A program made the position numbers and the translations under genes. From Haplodiscus bocki (Eukaryota), in contig OZ296658.1 in NCBI GenBank assembly GCA_965655095.1, positions 37,944,001 to 38,008,000 of the forward strand: a stretch of DNA of 64,000 nt, written 5' to 3'. The notes beneath the pieces are model-generated. The model did no database searches. It worked only from the letters and a program-made list of their open reading frames with translations, and was not told where the DNA came from. This document shows, piece after piece, positions 37,029 through 50,100 of the stretch; the stretch's first letter is position 1, and the number at the start of each line of letters is the position of its first letter.

Positions 37029-37440
37029 GTTCTGATAATTTATGCATTTCACCAAAATCAAGCATAGTCAAGCCTTGGAGGTGAAATCTGATGAACTATA
37101 TACCCTTTGAAGGTAGTTTGTCAACGAATATGTTTAAAATTTAAAGGAAAAAGGATTTTCCCAAAAACATATGTTGCAACAATCTTGCAACAATTACTCA
37201 TTTCTTGCAAAAATTTTGCAAGAGTTGTGTTTCCTAGCAAAATCTTGCAAGATCTTGCAAGAAATAAACTATCATTAAACACATTACGTTCTGATAATTT
37301 ATGCATTTCACCAAAAAGCCAGCATAATCAACCGTTACAAGTAAAATTTGATGAACTTTACACCTGCTGAACGCATTTTGTAATCGAACGTGTTTAAAAG
37401 CATGAGGGATAAGGATTTTTCTGAAATCATATGTTTTGTA
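37029..37440. repeat. Diverged direct duplication (~260-bp period) with cttgcaa-rich spacer
   Basis: gttctgataatttatgcatttcaccaaaa...tgatgaact at 37029 and 37288. Confidence 0.75.
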
Positions 37441-37502
37441 ACGGCTTAATTTGTCCGAAAAGAAATACAAAATGAAACAATTTATTTCCAAAATTACTTT
37501 AT

Positions 37503-37973
37503 CTTGTCATTTAGGATAAGACCATTCTTGTCGTTTTCTAAACATACGCGATATGCTTGGTTCTGAATCGACTGTTAGATGCTAACTACATTCTCGTAGA
37601 GGAAATCATAAAACATAAAACAGCTTCTTGATTCAAAATTTTTCCCGTAGGGTGGAAGGCATTCTTACTACGGTGCATTCCTGGGCGCAAGGCATTCTAA
37701 TTATTGCTATCCCATCCAAGGACCCACGGCTTTCTTACTAAGTTCTTGTTGCGGATTTTGCCAGGTATAGGGCTGTGCCGTAGTAAGTTATCACCCGGGT
37801 CTGCAAAACTCTGCAAATTTGTGCAAAACTCATGAAAGAAACCTGATTAATATCAAGGCGGCAGATGAACTTCTGTCCTTGGAAAATCTTATGGGATGCT
37901 TCTAAAACCATACAAAAAAGTTAGATGCATTGTAGAATCATGTCACGTTTTAAATGTTATCAAACTAGGGAGA
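37503..37973 (+). repeat. ~470-bp dispersed repeat, copy 1
   Basis: Reverse complement of 51745-52245 with high identity. Confidence 0.9.
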
Positions 37974-40551
37974 GATCAAACAAGACGGCCAGCCACAATC
38001 GTCATATTTTCAGCCCTCTAGTTATGCTAAAGATACCTTTCAAAAGCATGAAAACGTATATTTTTTCAAACAAAATTTTTCCGATGTCTGCTCAACTCGA
38101 AAAATTAGCACACGAAATTTTTCCGACTTAAATCACAACATGTGTCAGACATCTCCACATGAGTATTTTACCTTGAATATTTTATATACGTCATATTCAA
38201 AACTTATTTTCAATTATGTTTCAGATATTGACGCCACTTTATTTTCAAACAAAACTTGCCCTATATTATGCATAATTTTCATGCATCTGCGGCCAATTTG
38301 CGCGTCAACCACTGGTTATTTAATTAGCAACTAAGACAACGAGCCATAAAGAGCTCATCGATGGTAAGAATTGCGTCTTACTAAGGGTCACGTGACCGCG
38401 TAAATCCGTCCGCGAGGAGTCGAAACCTTAAAATTTCATCAACTTGTGGTAACGAGAGCTAGTTAGAAGCCACTCGAAGCCGGACAAAACTTACCAAGAA
38501 TACTTGAAGTAGCTAGTTTAAACAGTACAATCTAGGCCGATCAGGATTAACTCAAGTCAACTCTAGCATACTCTTGAGAAGGCTGCAACCGTTTGAACAT
38601 TGTCAATTAGGTATTCTCAATACATTGATTCACGTCCGTTTTAACCTTCAATTTGTAAAGCTAAATAAAACCACACATTTAATACAAGATATCGGTCGGG
38701 ATACTTAATTTAAATTCTCATCGTTTGTATGAGATCCCCTTTGAGCATAGAACCCTTTGAAGTGGCGGCTGTTACAACTTGAAAACTTGTTCAAGAATAT
38801 CCGCACGCGAAGAACAACCAAATGAAGCATCCGAAACACACACAGCTGGGCGATTTAACGAAGCCAGCACGGAATTCTCTCCTAACTTGACTGAAGAGAA
38901 AATCGAAGCTAATCTGGAATACATCCACGCCTAGATCTCTACATTGACACAAAGGATGAATAAACTGATCCAGGTTAACTCGGCTAGAACAAACCCAACC
39001 GCGGGTTCCCGTTACTGTCATTTTCCGTCTGTATCTTCACCGAACTTGAAAAAACTTCGAGAGCCCTGCCAATAACGTCCTTAGCAACCGTGGGATGCAC
39101 TCCCGGAAAACAAAAATAAAAAGGCTTTGTTCAGTCAACTCCTCCGCCATCCAGTAGTAACGAGAAATTTGACTCTCCACACGGAGAAGCGAACTTGTCT
39201 CTGATTGGCTAAAAATTAGTCGTGCGTGAGTTGAAATATTACGCCGCTTATTATTTCGTATTTGCTTGATGGTGTGGGGGGAATTGAATCATCGAGGGGG
39301 GGGGGTGTAGAAAAGATACAGAGAAAATAATAATTAAACCAGTGTATATTTTGCTACTCCCTCCCCATCTCACTTGTTCCTCAACCAACCCCCAGCCCCC
39401 ACTTTTTCTTCAGCCTCTTTTTTCCAGCAACTTTGGAGAAACAACGGGAGGGGGGAGTGGAAAAACTACAGTAGAGGTGAGTAGATTGACTGACCTGGGG
39501 AAGGGGAGTGGAGATCTAAATGTTTCCTATCTCATTCTTCAGCCCCATTTTTTCCACTCCCCTCTCCCCTCCACCCCAAATGAAATCAATTGCGAAAAAC
39601 TTAGAATATTGTATTATAACATTGACTGTTTCAGATTTTTGGACTAAAATATAAAAGAAACAAGTTTGCAAACAGGACATTTTTCGATTCTTCTGTTCAA
39701 ATTTCAACAATTTGAATGCTTTGAAAATTTTCGGTGCGATGAATAGTCCACACTCTCGGTGCATTGAATAGCCTATTTGAATGTCGGCGCGTTCAATAGT
39801 TTTGTTTAGTTTCTACGCGATGAATAGTCACCTATTTTTAATTGTTTGCTAAGATTGGGAAGCTGGTGGCATTGTTGAAGCATTGTTAATCTTGTAGGTA
39901 AGAAAAATCACAGCGACTGATTTATTGTACTTGCTGTTCATGTTTTACTGTAACATTATTAGTACAGATGTTGCATCACAGGACTTGTAAATTTTATCCA
40001 ATTGGTAGCGAGTCAAAAAATTGACAAAGATAGGAATCAAAAGTGCAGTTAATAAATCACCCATTTTTGCTATACCAGACGCATCCTTTTGCAGTTATAA
40101 TTTTTGTTGAACGAAACGGCCCACCACCACTGGCATATTTTCTGCCCTCTAGCTTTGCTAGAGATACCTTTTAAAAAGATAAAAGCGTTTTTTGAAAAAA
40201 TTATCATCTTCAGCAATTTTTGACAAAATTTCCAACTTCAGTTTCTCCCGATTCCTGCAAAAAACCCTCAATTCAGGAGGAAAAAAGGCAATTTTATGAA
40301 AAACTACCATTTGATACGCATTCTATAGGAAATTTGTCACCTTTAACGACTTTTAAGAAATTGAATTTTTGTAAAAAAAAAGCCCATCGTTTTTTTCAAA
40401 AAAAGAAAATTTCCTACGTTCTGAGAAATCGTACTATTTCAGTCGCTTTCTACGGCAAGTTAGGTACAATTTGGTGATAACAAATTTGTCACGGTCAGAT
40501 TATCGGACACTTTCTCTAACATTGGACGTTTTCAATTGGCAAATTTGTTAG

Positions 40552-40817
40552 ACAAGACGGCCGGCTAGCACCGGCATATTTTTCGCCCAACTACAAACAC
40601 TTTGATCAATTTTTGCAAACGGTTAAAAACAAAATTACTGTTTTGATATTAGTTTTCAAAAAATTTTCACAAATCAATTCCACCACTGATTTCTGTACTT
40701 TATGCACAAGGGTATCACGATTCTCCCTTGAAAAATTTCCGTCTCACAGTGCCGAATAATTTCGTCGAGGAACCCTTCTGTGTTTCAGAAAATTTCTGTT
40801 ATCGAAAAATGTTAGGG

Positions 40818-40863
<46 letters not shown>

Positions 40864-41390
40864 GTATCAAGATTTTCCGTCGAAAATTTTTTGTCTCACA
40901 ATACCGAAACATTCCGTAGAGGAACCCTTCTGTGCTGTGTTTCAGAAAATTTCTGGTTTCGAAAAAATTTATGGATAAGAGGGGGGGGGGGGGGGGAGGG
41001 GGGAGGAGGGGGAGGAGGGGGAGGAGGGGGAGGAGGGAGGGAGTATCACGATTTTCCGTCGAAAATTTTTTGTCTCACAGTGTCGAAATTTTTCGTAGGG
41101 GAACCCCTTAGTGTTTCACTAATTTCGGGTATCGAAAAATGTTAGGGATAAATCGTAAAATTTTTGGCAGGGCAGTGACTCGAAACCCGAACCTACTGCT
41201 TGAGAACCTTGCTGTACTAAGCCTACCGCTGTCATTTATTTTTGAATAAAAAGAGTTGGCAATTTTGGTCTGAAAAAAAAGAAAAACGACCCTACTGAAT
41301 GAATAATTTTTCTTGTATATTACATATACGGCGAAAAATAAAAAACGTTCGATTTCAGCGTTTTGAGTGAATGATGTTCCTTCCATATTA
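40552..41390 (-). mobile_element. Helitron-like element with three internal tandem units, (GA)n and G-rich microsatellites and a tRNA-like segment
   Basis: Family 5' end (taatatggaagg) at 41390 and 3' hairpin (gccggtgctagccggccgtcttgt) at 40552 on minus; unit gtatcacgattttcc...gtctcacagt...ggaacccttctgtgtttcagaaaattt x3. Confidence 0.65.
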
Positions 41391-41629
41391 AAAATATGGG
41401 CGGAAAATAATAGTAGCTCAGGGTCTACTGTTTACTGGATCAGGTGCCAATTATTAGGCCCAGAAAACTAATTTCTTCAATAATGTTGGTACAAATATAT
41501 TAAAGATTTGAGCAGTGAATGCTGTAGATTGATGCATATTCAGACATTTACTCACGTGGCTGTGCTAGAAAACACTAGAAACTGCAAGAAAAGAGAACTG
41601 GCATTTTAATTGATGTGTGAGTGTTTCAG

Positions 41630-42346
41630 GTTCAAACCATTTCCCAAATCGATGATGGAGAAACCTTCAAATGGATGCCAGCTTTGCCGTCGCAAGAATA
41701 CGTTCCAGAGGGCTTCCAGCAGTTGAAAAATCTGGCTTCGGTGAACATCAGAACCACAATTGACAGCCGCGAGAGATGCTGTGGAGGTGGAATGTCGTAT
41801 CACGTCCTGAACGAGGACGGAGATCTAGTGTACTCTGTTCTGGAAGACTCTAACGTATGCCAGAGACACATTTTTGGACCTCACCGGCCACTGTTTCTGT
41901 CTATTTTGAACGAGGTCGGAGATCTGGTTTGCCTTTTCGTGAAACCGCTGAGATGTGACGCAGCGTGGGTACCCTGCTGGATGCACAAACTGATGGTCCA
42001 GACTCCGGACGAAGTCGCAGTTGGGTGGATTCGGCAGAGGTTCTCTCTGGCTGACGCAGTTCTCGATATTATGAACGACGATGATGAAGTCGCTTTTCAG
42101 GTCAAAGGGGGGCCATCCTGTGCCATTAGGTGCACCACCGAGATGACCTTCGGATTGTACCCGGAAGAAGAAGAAACTCCTGATGGAGAGATCTCTAAAT
42201 TTGATGCCATGGTGGAAGATCTACCTCTGGATATGAGTCACGAAGACTTCCTCATCCGGTTTCCTGAGGACGCGACGGAAAAAGAGAAAATGCTGATTCT
42301 CGGGGCCGGATTCCTCTTAAATTTCATGTATTTCGAAATCACATAA
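41630..42346 (+). CDS. PLSCR: Phospholipid scramblase family protein (whole domain in one exon; 5' end uncertain)
   Basis: WMPA...PEGFQQL, VYSVLEDSNVCQRHIFGPHRP, KPLRC, GWIRQ, GEISK, FLIRFPED...KMLILGAGFLLNFMYFE follow the PLSCR pattern; preceded by tttcag acceptor. Confidence 0.9.
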   Translation, partial: VQTISQIDDGETFKWMPALPSQEYVPEGFQQLKNLASVNIRTTIDSRERCCGGGMSYHVLNEDGDLVYSVLEDSNVCQRHIFGPHRPLFLSILNEVGDLVCLFVKPLRCDAAWVPCWMHKLMVQTPDEVAVGWIRQRFSLADAVLDIMNDDDEVAFQVKGGPSCAIRCTTEMTFGLYPEEEETPDGEISKFDAMVEDLPLDMSHEDFLIRFPEDATEKEKMLILGAGFLLNFMYFEIT

Positions 42347-43049
42347 AACTAACTGATCAAAGCAAAACATTCCAGCGGCTATCTAAAATTCGACATATTC
42401 AACACTCTGCAACTTCGTATCGACAAAATATGGTGTACATTTTAATATTTGAATGAACTTCAACTCAACTGCGAAATGGAAAAATTATGTGAGCGTTTTT
42501 GTAAACATTTCAATTTCGAGTCATGAAGCCCATTTTTGGAGAAACCTTGTTTTGTTAAGTAACTATGCTGCATCTTTGAGATACTGAAGAATACATTTGT
42601 AAACATAAATGTGGAAGAAATATGAAGGAGTCAAATTTTATGCTTGTTCAAACGTTTGTGTTTTTTTCTGTTTGAACGGTGTTTCTCACATCAACCACAT
42701 GATAACCTAAATTTTGTGAAGACTTGACATGGCTTTTATTCCGGGAAAAATTCTATCCCGGGAAAAGTTCCGCTAAAAGTTCTAATTGATTGTGAAAAAA
42801 ACCGACAGAAGAATTCTCTACTTATGTGCAGCACGTTTTCACACTTGATTTCCGACTCAGTGCATTAGCAAAAACGCTTGTTCAGTAAATGGTTCTATAG
42901 ATAGTTAATTACCGACCGATTATTTTCTCTAAAAAGAAAGAAACCTTCAAGTTGCTTTTCGGATCTTCAAGGGAGCATTTGTCTTACAAATACGGCAGCC
43001 CATCCAGTTATATCAAAAACAAGAGTATAACGATGTTTATATAACTTGG

Positions 43050-44200
43050 CTCTGTAGCGGGTTGATGTGGGGTCCTTGAGGGATCTTTTCACTCAAGCTA
43101 AAGCTACTTTGATTGACTGTGGCTCAGACCCACCCAATCTTTCGCAGGAAAAAATCTAGAGTCTTCGATGTCCGGGGCTTCAGTATTCAGAGTGCTGTAG
43201 AGAGACTGGTTATCACTGCAAATTAGAGCTTCATGATCGTTGTGGTAACTGCGGTCCAAGGTATTGAGGCAGACTTATAAGGCTGCTTTCTCTTCGTAAT
43301 ATGATGACGAGATGAATCTTTCTCTTTTTTTGATGACGTTAGCTGAGCTCGCGAGGCAATTGCAACGTAACAGCCTTCTACTTTTCCTGTGGTTGCCGAA
43401 CTATCGGTGTATATGAATAGCTTGCAGTTGAGGGAGTCGTTACCCCTGCGTAGGATACATCTTTGTTTTGGCCAGTGATTTCAAAGGCGTCTGATCAATC
43501 TCCTGATGGTGACCCAGAGCGGCCTCTTGAATGGCTTTGGGAGCACAATTCCTGTATTGGCTGCAGTTCTTGGGCGTTTAATTCCTCTGCTCGCTTTCGC
43601 CAGCTGCTGTTAAGCCGATGAGCAACAAGTGCAAAAAAATTGAGTGTTAGGGTGCTTTGTGGATTTTCTGATGGGTTTCTGTAAAAGATGAAGGAATGAG
43701 TCGGTCACTGTGAGTGTAGCAGCTTCTTATTCCTCTCTCTATGCCGAGGACCTGCATCAGCGTCGAGCTGCATATGGCTGCGGAATTCTCGAACTGAGAC
43801 TATGCCGAGAAGGTTTGTTCTTTTTGACGCTTTCTGGGTGATTTTAATAAGTGTATGTTGCTCTCCTCACAACACTCCGCCTTGTTGAACAGTTTTTTTG
43901 TTTCGTCTTTGTGGACAAGCCTTGTGGCTATCAGCTTCTGCATTAGTTTCACGATGCAAGAATTGAGGCTGGTAGGTTGATACGAGGAACTTTCTGATGA
44001 TTGTTTTCCCGTTCTCTATGATTGTATTGTATTGGTATTCTGCTATTTTTGTGGGTTGACGCTCCATGCTAAAAGAGATTGAAAATCTTGAGTAATAACT
44101 GCTTCGCTTTGAGTCCAAATGATTTCAACTTCTCAGAATTGGCACTTCCGTTTTTGTGTTTGCTGCGAATCGTTCTGTCAGTTGTTTCCCTAGTTGAAAA
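43050..44200 (-). mobile_element. Highly decayed non-LTR retrotransposon 3' part with RNase H
   Basis: Minus-strand remnants LFIYTDSS (~43410; YTDGS motif) and LICSDNQSL (~43215; SDSQS motif). Confidence 0.45.
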
Positions 44201-45399
44201 GCAGGAAAGTTTTGTAAGATTTTATATGTTACCAAATACTTTTTGAATGAATTTGGATGATTCTTATTAAACTTTCCATGCTTAAGTTTTGTCTGCTGCT
44301 GTGATGTCTTTCAAGTTTCTTTAAAAAATTTCATAAAATTACGCGGATTTTCTTCAGTTTGCTTTCAAAATTTGGCAGACGAAAAATAAATAAAGTTTTG
44401 CATGTTTTTGGATGCAGCCCAATTAATTTTACGAGTGACAGACAACTTTACAATTTTGTCGCGCATTGCAATAGAAATAATACAGACTAAGTTCATAAGT
44501 ATCCCCGCCGAGTCTCATGTTAGCAAAAAATAGCTTAAGGGTGAAAGCGTGTACGAAATAACACCATATTAGCTACTCTGAAGTGTTAAAGATTGAGTCA
44601 AAAGAGGTGCAAGAACTTTTACGTTTTCTATGTTACATTAACATCTTGAACACGCTTTTTCTGTTGCAGCGAAAACATTCAAAATACATGTATGCTGAAG
44701 GTCTGATTTTTCCATATTTTTTTTCAAAAAATTGGCTGCATGCATGCATGCATTTTGCGAGTTTTATCTGAATGTCTCACTGGGGCTTACTGTTAAGTTC
44801 AGCGTGCTAGCATCATCAAATAAATGGCATTTAATGGTAAAACATGAGCAAAACAGCGGGACATTAGAAGAATCCATAAGCTGTCTTCACGGAACGCTCT
44901 GATTTAACTCCATGTTTTCCACTATTACACGGCAAACACTCGTCCAAAGGGTTACATTCCACTAGAAGCAGGTCATGTAGAATCCCTCATGTAGGACCAA
45001 ATCTCATTCAAATAGGGTGATCTTCGAGAATCCACCTTGTTTGTGGATGTAAGCGCGGAGGTGCTCCTTCAACAACGTCGTCCAAGCGTAGTTCGCCACT
45101 TTCTGTTTTGCTGTTCATTGAAGACTTGGGTAATAGATCACCTTTGAAGCTCCAGGGCTGAAAAGGCAGGATGGAAGTTGTTGTGACTTCATTGTGATCA
45201 CTGCTACAAATCAAATAGTCCCTTGAAGTATTGTGCTTGTTTGACGTGTGACCTTCACACCTGGTAGCTACCTGCTAGTTGAAGTGCTCTGAGAGCAGTC
45301 AGATATTAAGTTACATAAGAGAAGCAAGCTAAATGAATACAAGTTCGTTGCAAATTGTTCTATTCAGCACTAGTAGCTAAACCATAAAAAAGGAGGTGA

Positions 45400-47120
45400 G
45401 AGATCAGGGGTTCCTCGTTGTCGGTTCTGCTAAAGGAATCCGAGAATGGGCGTTCAGTATCGGCTTAGTTTTAGCTAAAAGCTATTTTTTGTGACCATAG
45501 GATTAAGCTGAGTATTCATTTTGCTGCTTGAAGAAACCACTGCGATGCAGCACCGATTTGGGGTGCGAACGGTGGTTTCAAATCCAACTGGATTGTAGCG
45601 CATTTGCATTATCTAAAACTTGGCGGTGTTTTCTGAAGGGAGTAAAAAAGTCTTCCTCATCTGGCGAAGATTTGAAGGAAATCATCGACGAAACTGTCAC
45701 CAGTAATGAACAGACATGAATCGAGATGGCAGATGCGTGTCTTCAAGCATGAAGAAAGAACATAGGTTCCGACAGAGGAATGTCTCCAATGTTTCAAAAA
45801 AACGGACAAATGACAGACAGAAAACGGTACCAGTTTAAAGTTCCAGCTTCGGGACTCTTCCCTAATTGAGTGGAGCAAGACTAGTTCCGTCAATGGGAAA
45901 AGTGTCAGTCATAGGGAATTTTGTACGCTTTTGTGACTGCCGAGTAGAACAGCGGCGGACATTGCTACAAAGGAAGCATCTATAAAGATATGGAGTTGTA
46001 CAGAAGCTATGGATGGAAAATATAGCGCATTCTTTTTCTGGTGCTATTGGTGAGTTTAGGCTGACAAGTTTCTTTGTTGTCTTCTGAAGGGTGTCCTGAA
46101 AAACTTGCTTCGACTCCAAAGTCAAGTTTCCAGAGTGATTAGAAGATTGTCTTGAACTGGTTTGTAAAAGGAGCAGGCAATCAGATGGTGTCAAACAAAA
46201 ACTGAAACTAGCTAAAAAGCTGTGTTCTGACTCTGAGGAAGTGTATGTTGTGTAAGAGAATCCACATTAGGCCTAAAACTAAAGTTGAGTGACGCTATAA
46301 TTTTGTTTAGATCTTTCTCGGATAGAGAACTGATCGATCTCTGCTCAATCGGAGAAATTTAGTGAAAGCTTCCTATTTGGAGGACCGTAGATAAAACGTC
46401 TGTCTTTTGTCGAGCGGTGGTTGCGAATGATTGGATGAATTCATCTATGAAAACGCTGCGCAATACGGAATGAAGAAATTCAGGAACCTCATCAGAGTCG
46501 TCTTAAGTGCAATTCCAGGTGACGAAGAAGATAAATATTTGGCTTCGTATTAGAAAGTTGTCGTCTTATCGTCGGAGAAAATAGATGTCGGTTTGATTTT
46601 TCGTGTCTTTTGCGGCTAGTAGGAAAATTCTTTTCATGTTCGGAAAGACATCAACGAATTCTCACTGAAAAGTAAAATGACTTCAAGTTAGCGAGAAGAT
46701 TAAGTCTGGCGCAAGGATTGCTGCTGAGATACTCTTTTTAGAGGCGGCATTGGCTGTAGAGCAAGAATTTCCCTCCCTGGCTTGTTCGGGTGGATTTGAG
46801 ACAGTGTGTTAATAAGTACGAATTTCATTTTGACGGCAGATTTGTCTTAACGGGAGGTTGAACTTGCTGTTGCTACAATTGCTTTAGTAGGATTTCCTCA
46901 AACGCGACCTTGAATTGCTTTTGAGAGAGATTTGTTTCCGAGGTCTTTGGGGTTGTTGAGGGTGGTGAAAGACTTGCAGGGAGTTTTGTTTCCAGCTTCC
47001 ACGGTGAAGCGATTGCGCAACGCTTGTCAGTGTGGTGAACGGTTGGTTCAAGGATACGGAAAGCATCTTTGTCTTTTTCATTATTTTTTTCCCAAAATTT
47101 CGTATTTGGAAGGAAAATCA
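45400..47120 (-). mobile_element. Decayed BEL/Pao LTR retrotransposon pol fragment
   Basis: AFRILE.T...SPWK...LP, ANAA, VLGLMW, LAPL remnants in BEL order. Confidence 0.6.
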
Positions 47121-47289
47121 ATTATTGAATATTCAGTTTTTTTTACATCAAATTTGTCAATTGCACGATGAAGCAAAAACGCACGCAAAAAATTCATACT
47201 ACCAATTTTTTCCATTTTTTCCCAAATTTACCGTAGATTGCATCTAGCATAGTGGACTTTCTCAAAAATAATTTTCAATGCCAAAATTC

Positions 47290-50100
47290 AATTCTTTTTG
47301 AGAAAAAAGTGAAATTTGTTTGAAGGAATCCATTTTTGATGCAATTTTGCTCTTCTATCAGAGCACATTTTTGGAAGTTTGGTCAATTGGCATTCACAGC
47401 CATTTGAAAGTTCAAAACAGTGTGCTACAGGCCACTGTATACTCTTGACTTTTCTCGTCCAATTGAAGTTAATAAAAACCCCAGGCCAGGTCAATCGCGC
47501 AAAAATAAGCGCCACCCTTTAGGGTTTCAAAGATTTCTTCAATGAATGGAAATGACCAACATGCTTGATCGCTCGATTGTTCAGTTGACCATAATCAATA
47601 ACCATCCTTAACGTGCCATTTTTGTAAAAAACAAGCCATTCGGGTGCACTGTAAGAGCTCTGACAGGGAATGATCAGTTTGCTTCCGGAGAAAGTTTGAA
47701 TCTTCACTTGTTGGTTCTTTTTATGGTGCAGTGGCATGCGACGGTTAGGTAATATGATGATGGGTTTGGAACCACGGTAAACGTGTATCTTGTGGCCGGT
47801 AGCATCACAGTCCCATAGAGTTTTAGAGAATGCATTTTAAATTGCTACGCAAGGTCTCCAAACTTTTGTTTCAATTTTAGTCTCCGGAGTGACAGAGTCA
47901 GACACATGTTCGAGGTCATAAGTCTCATCAACTTCCTCCGTTCTATTTTTATCACTTTTCGGTGCGATATTAGGTAAAGCACTCGTCGGGATAACGCAGA
48001 GGTACCCAACATTGCTTTCTCAAAAAACGTGGTTGGTTCTGTTTGGTTCGTCGCTGGTACTATCTACTGCCGCCGGGACTGTCTTCTTTTGCAAGGATGT
48101 ACAAAATATTCGCTGCTGCAGCGTCCGTTGTAACGCCGAAACGTTCACTCAGCTAGAAAATGGCAACCAATCTAGGAGTCAACCTTTCCAATCTGGAATG
48201 GGTGCAGGTACTGACATTGAGTGACCTGCTGGTACCAGATGTAGTTAGTTGGAAAGACAGAGGTAGATCGAAACACAGAGGTAGTTCGGTCACAAATTTC
48301 CCGATGATACATTGACATTTGCGAGTTATCGTCTAACCATAGTGCCTCTTCACAAATCAACGGATCATATTTATGTTTTTCAGGAAGTGTAAGCCAATTA
48401 AGCCGTCCGTTTTTGACTCCTCTAAAACTTGTAAAAGGTGTTCATGCTGCTTAGGAACGATTATGTGCCGCGTAATAGTTGTAGTTTTTTTGGAGCTACT
48501 ATTTTTGCCTGGGTGCTCTAAAGTTTATTTTTGCAGTTTCTTGAGCTGTTCGAAAATATTCCAGGTCAGACACAACGCAATTGCTTCACTATCACACACA
48601 GCCTTGATAATCTTACCAAATACATAAAAATGGTCAAAAACATTTCTGTGATCCGTCACAAGATTAAGAGTCTGAATCAGTAGGCTAATTTCGTTGGTCT
48701 TATCTGCGCTTCAACCCGTGATTGTACATTCTACTAGTTTCAACAAAATTTGTTTCGAAGCCTCACAATTCTTTCGGAACTAACCGTTTTTTAGGCAGTT
48801 GATGCAAGCTTTACACTATTTTGTAACGTGGTTCTGGCGATTTCAAAATTGACAGCTTTTCGGCCGTCGTTCTTCATCATCTGATCAATTTTCGTTGCTG
48901 GATGAGGCGAACTGTCTCGGTGTTCTTCAAAAAAGTGGTTTACTCTGAATTGATATAGCATTTACCCTCGTATTTGTTGAGACTGGAAGCAAACGGAATG
49001 ATTGCTTCGTGTTGATTCATTGCTTTGCAACTGTGGCAAGTTGAGCCGATTCTCTTCGTTACGTTTCTTTTCCTGGTGATGGAGTAGGCCCACTTGTTTT
49101 TGGGCGGTCATTTTGGAGGTCTTGGCTCATGATGCGAACAAACTCAGTCATTACCTCAGAGACGGGAGTGTAGGCGAGATCAATACTCACTCGGTTTATA
49201 GTCGGAGAAGCTGGAGCGTTTCCCCTCCCGATTTGCGAAAGGAATTCAATGCCATTGCAAGGGAGTGAACTTGATCGGCCGTCAATGGTTTGACTTTTCT
49301 GAGTTCCCATCAAAGAGTTTTTTCCGAAAGATCCTCAACGATTCTGGTCATTACATTTGGGTCCACCATATCAAGAATTGCTCGATATGCTCACCTAGCG
49401 AGCGTCTGACCGTGGCACAGGAACACGGAATTATCTTGATTCGGCTGCTGTTTGGCAACTTTCAAACGAGCTCTCAAAATGTCTTCTTGCATTTCTTCAC
49501 TAACTTATCATCTGCCCAAGAGACAAACTTCGATTGTTTGGTCGACGTTTTCCGACAAAACAAAACGACTCTTGAACGGTGATCGACTAACTGGAAAGGA
49601 GAGCTACAATGTTAAACTGCCGGAGATAATCTTCAAAATCACTTTTGCTAGTAAAAAATCAGGCATCAGGCACGTTGGGAGAGGAGATACATATAGGGAG
49701 CTGGGCATTGGTCTAGCACTAGCGTGGATTGAGAAAATTGAAGTAGTTGGGGTTGCACATATATTGAAATTTACTGAAATTGTGACCAGAAGTGCCGAAG
49801 AACGCTAGCTAAACGCTGCTGCAGCTGCTGTCGAAGGTGTTGTGGTCCTGGTCACTCTCTTGGGCCACTTGAACTTGCTCTGGTAGCCGATGTATTTGGA
49901 GGAGCCCCCTGCGGAACCAACAGGAACACTTGGACCGTATCCAAACTATTCTCATTGACGCAGCATAGATATACTGGGAGTGAAACGTTGCGGCGTAAAC
50001 CCAACACTAATAGCGGAGAACGTGAGAAGTGAGAGGCTAAGAATTCAATGTGCTTGGACCATGTTTGAGTTAAGTGAGGAAACAAAATGCACTAAAACAT
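47290..50100 (-). mobile_element. Decayed Ty3/Gypsy element (gag to 5' half of RT)
   Basis: gag DFEDYLRQFN, RARLKVAKQQP, CINC knuckle; RT PCQSSYSAP, NGTLRMVIDYGQLN, FCAIDLAWGFY. Confidence 0.7.

Noticed and set aside
30299-37500. Numerous 60-120 aa ORFs in the track
   Set aside because: No motifs, mostly non-ATG starts, overlapping repeats; treated as chance ORFs, as are antisense ORFs over real exons.
38300-39110. LTR end (tgttaca at ~38776) plus gag-start fragment
   Set aside because: Suggestive but no diagnostic domain or partner LTR.
40728-41145. ORFs with poly-ER and poly-Gly
   Set aside because: Translations of (GA)n and G-rich microsatellites.
41165-41232. Functional tRNA gene
   Set aside because: Only partial A/B-box similarity, embedded in a repeat; no full cloverleaf.
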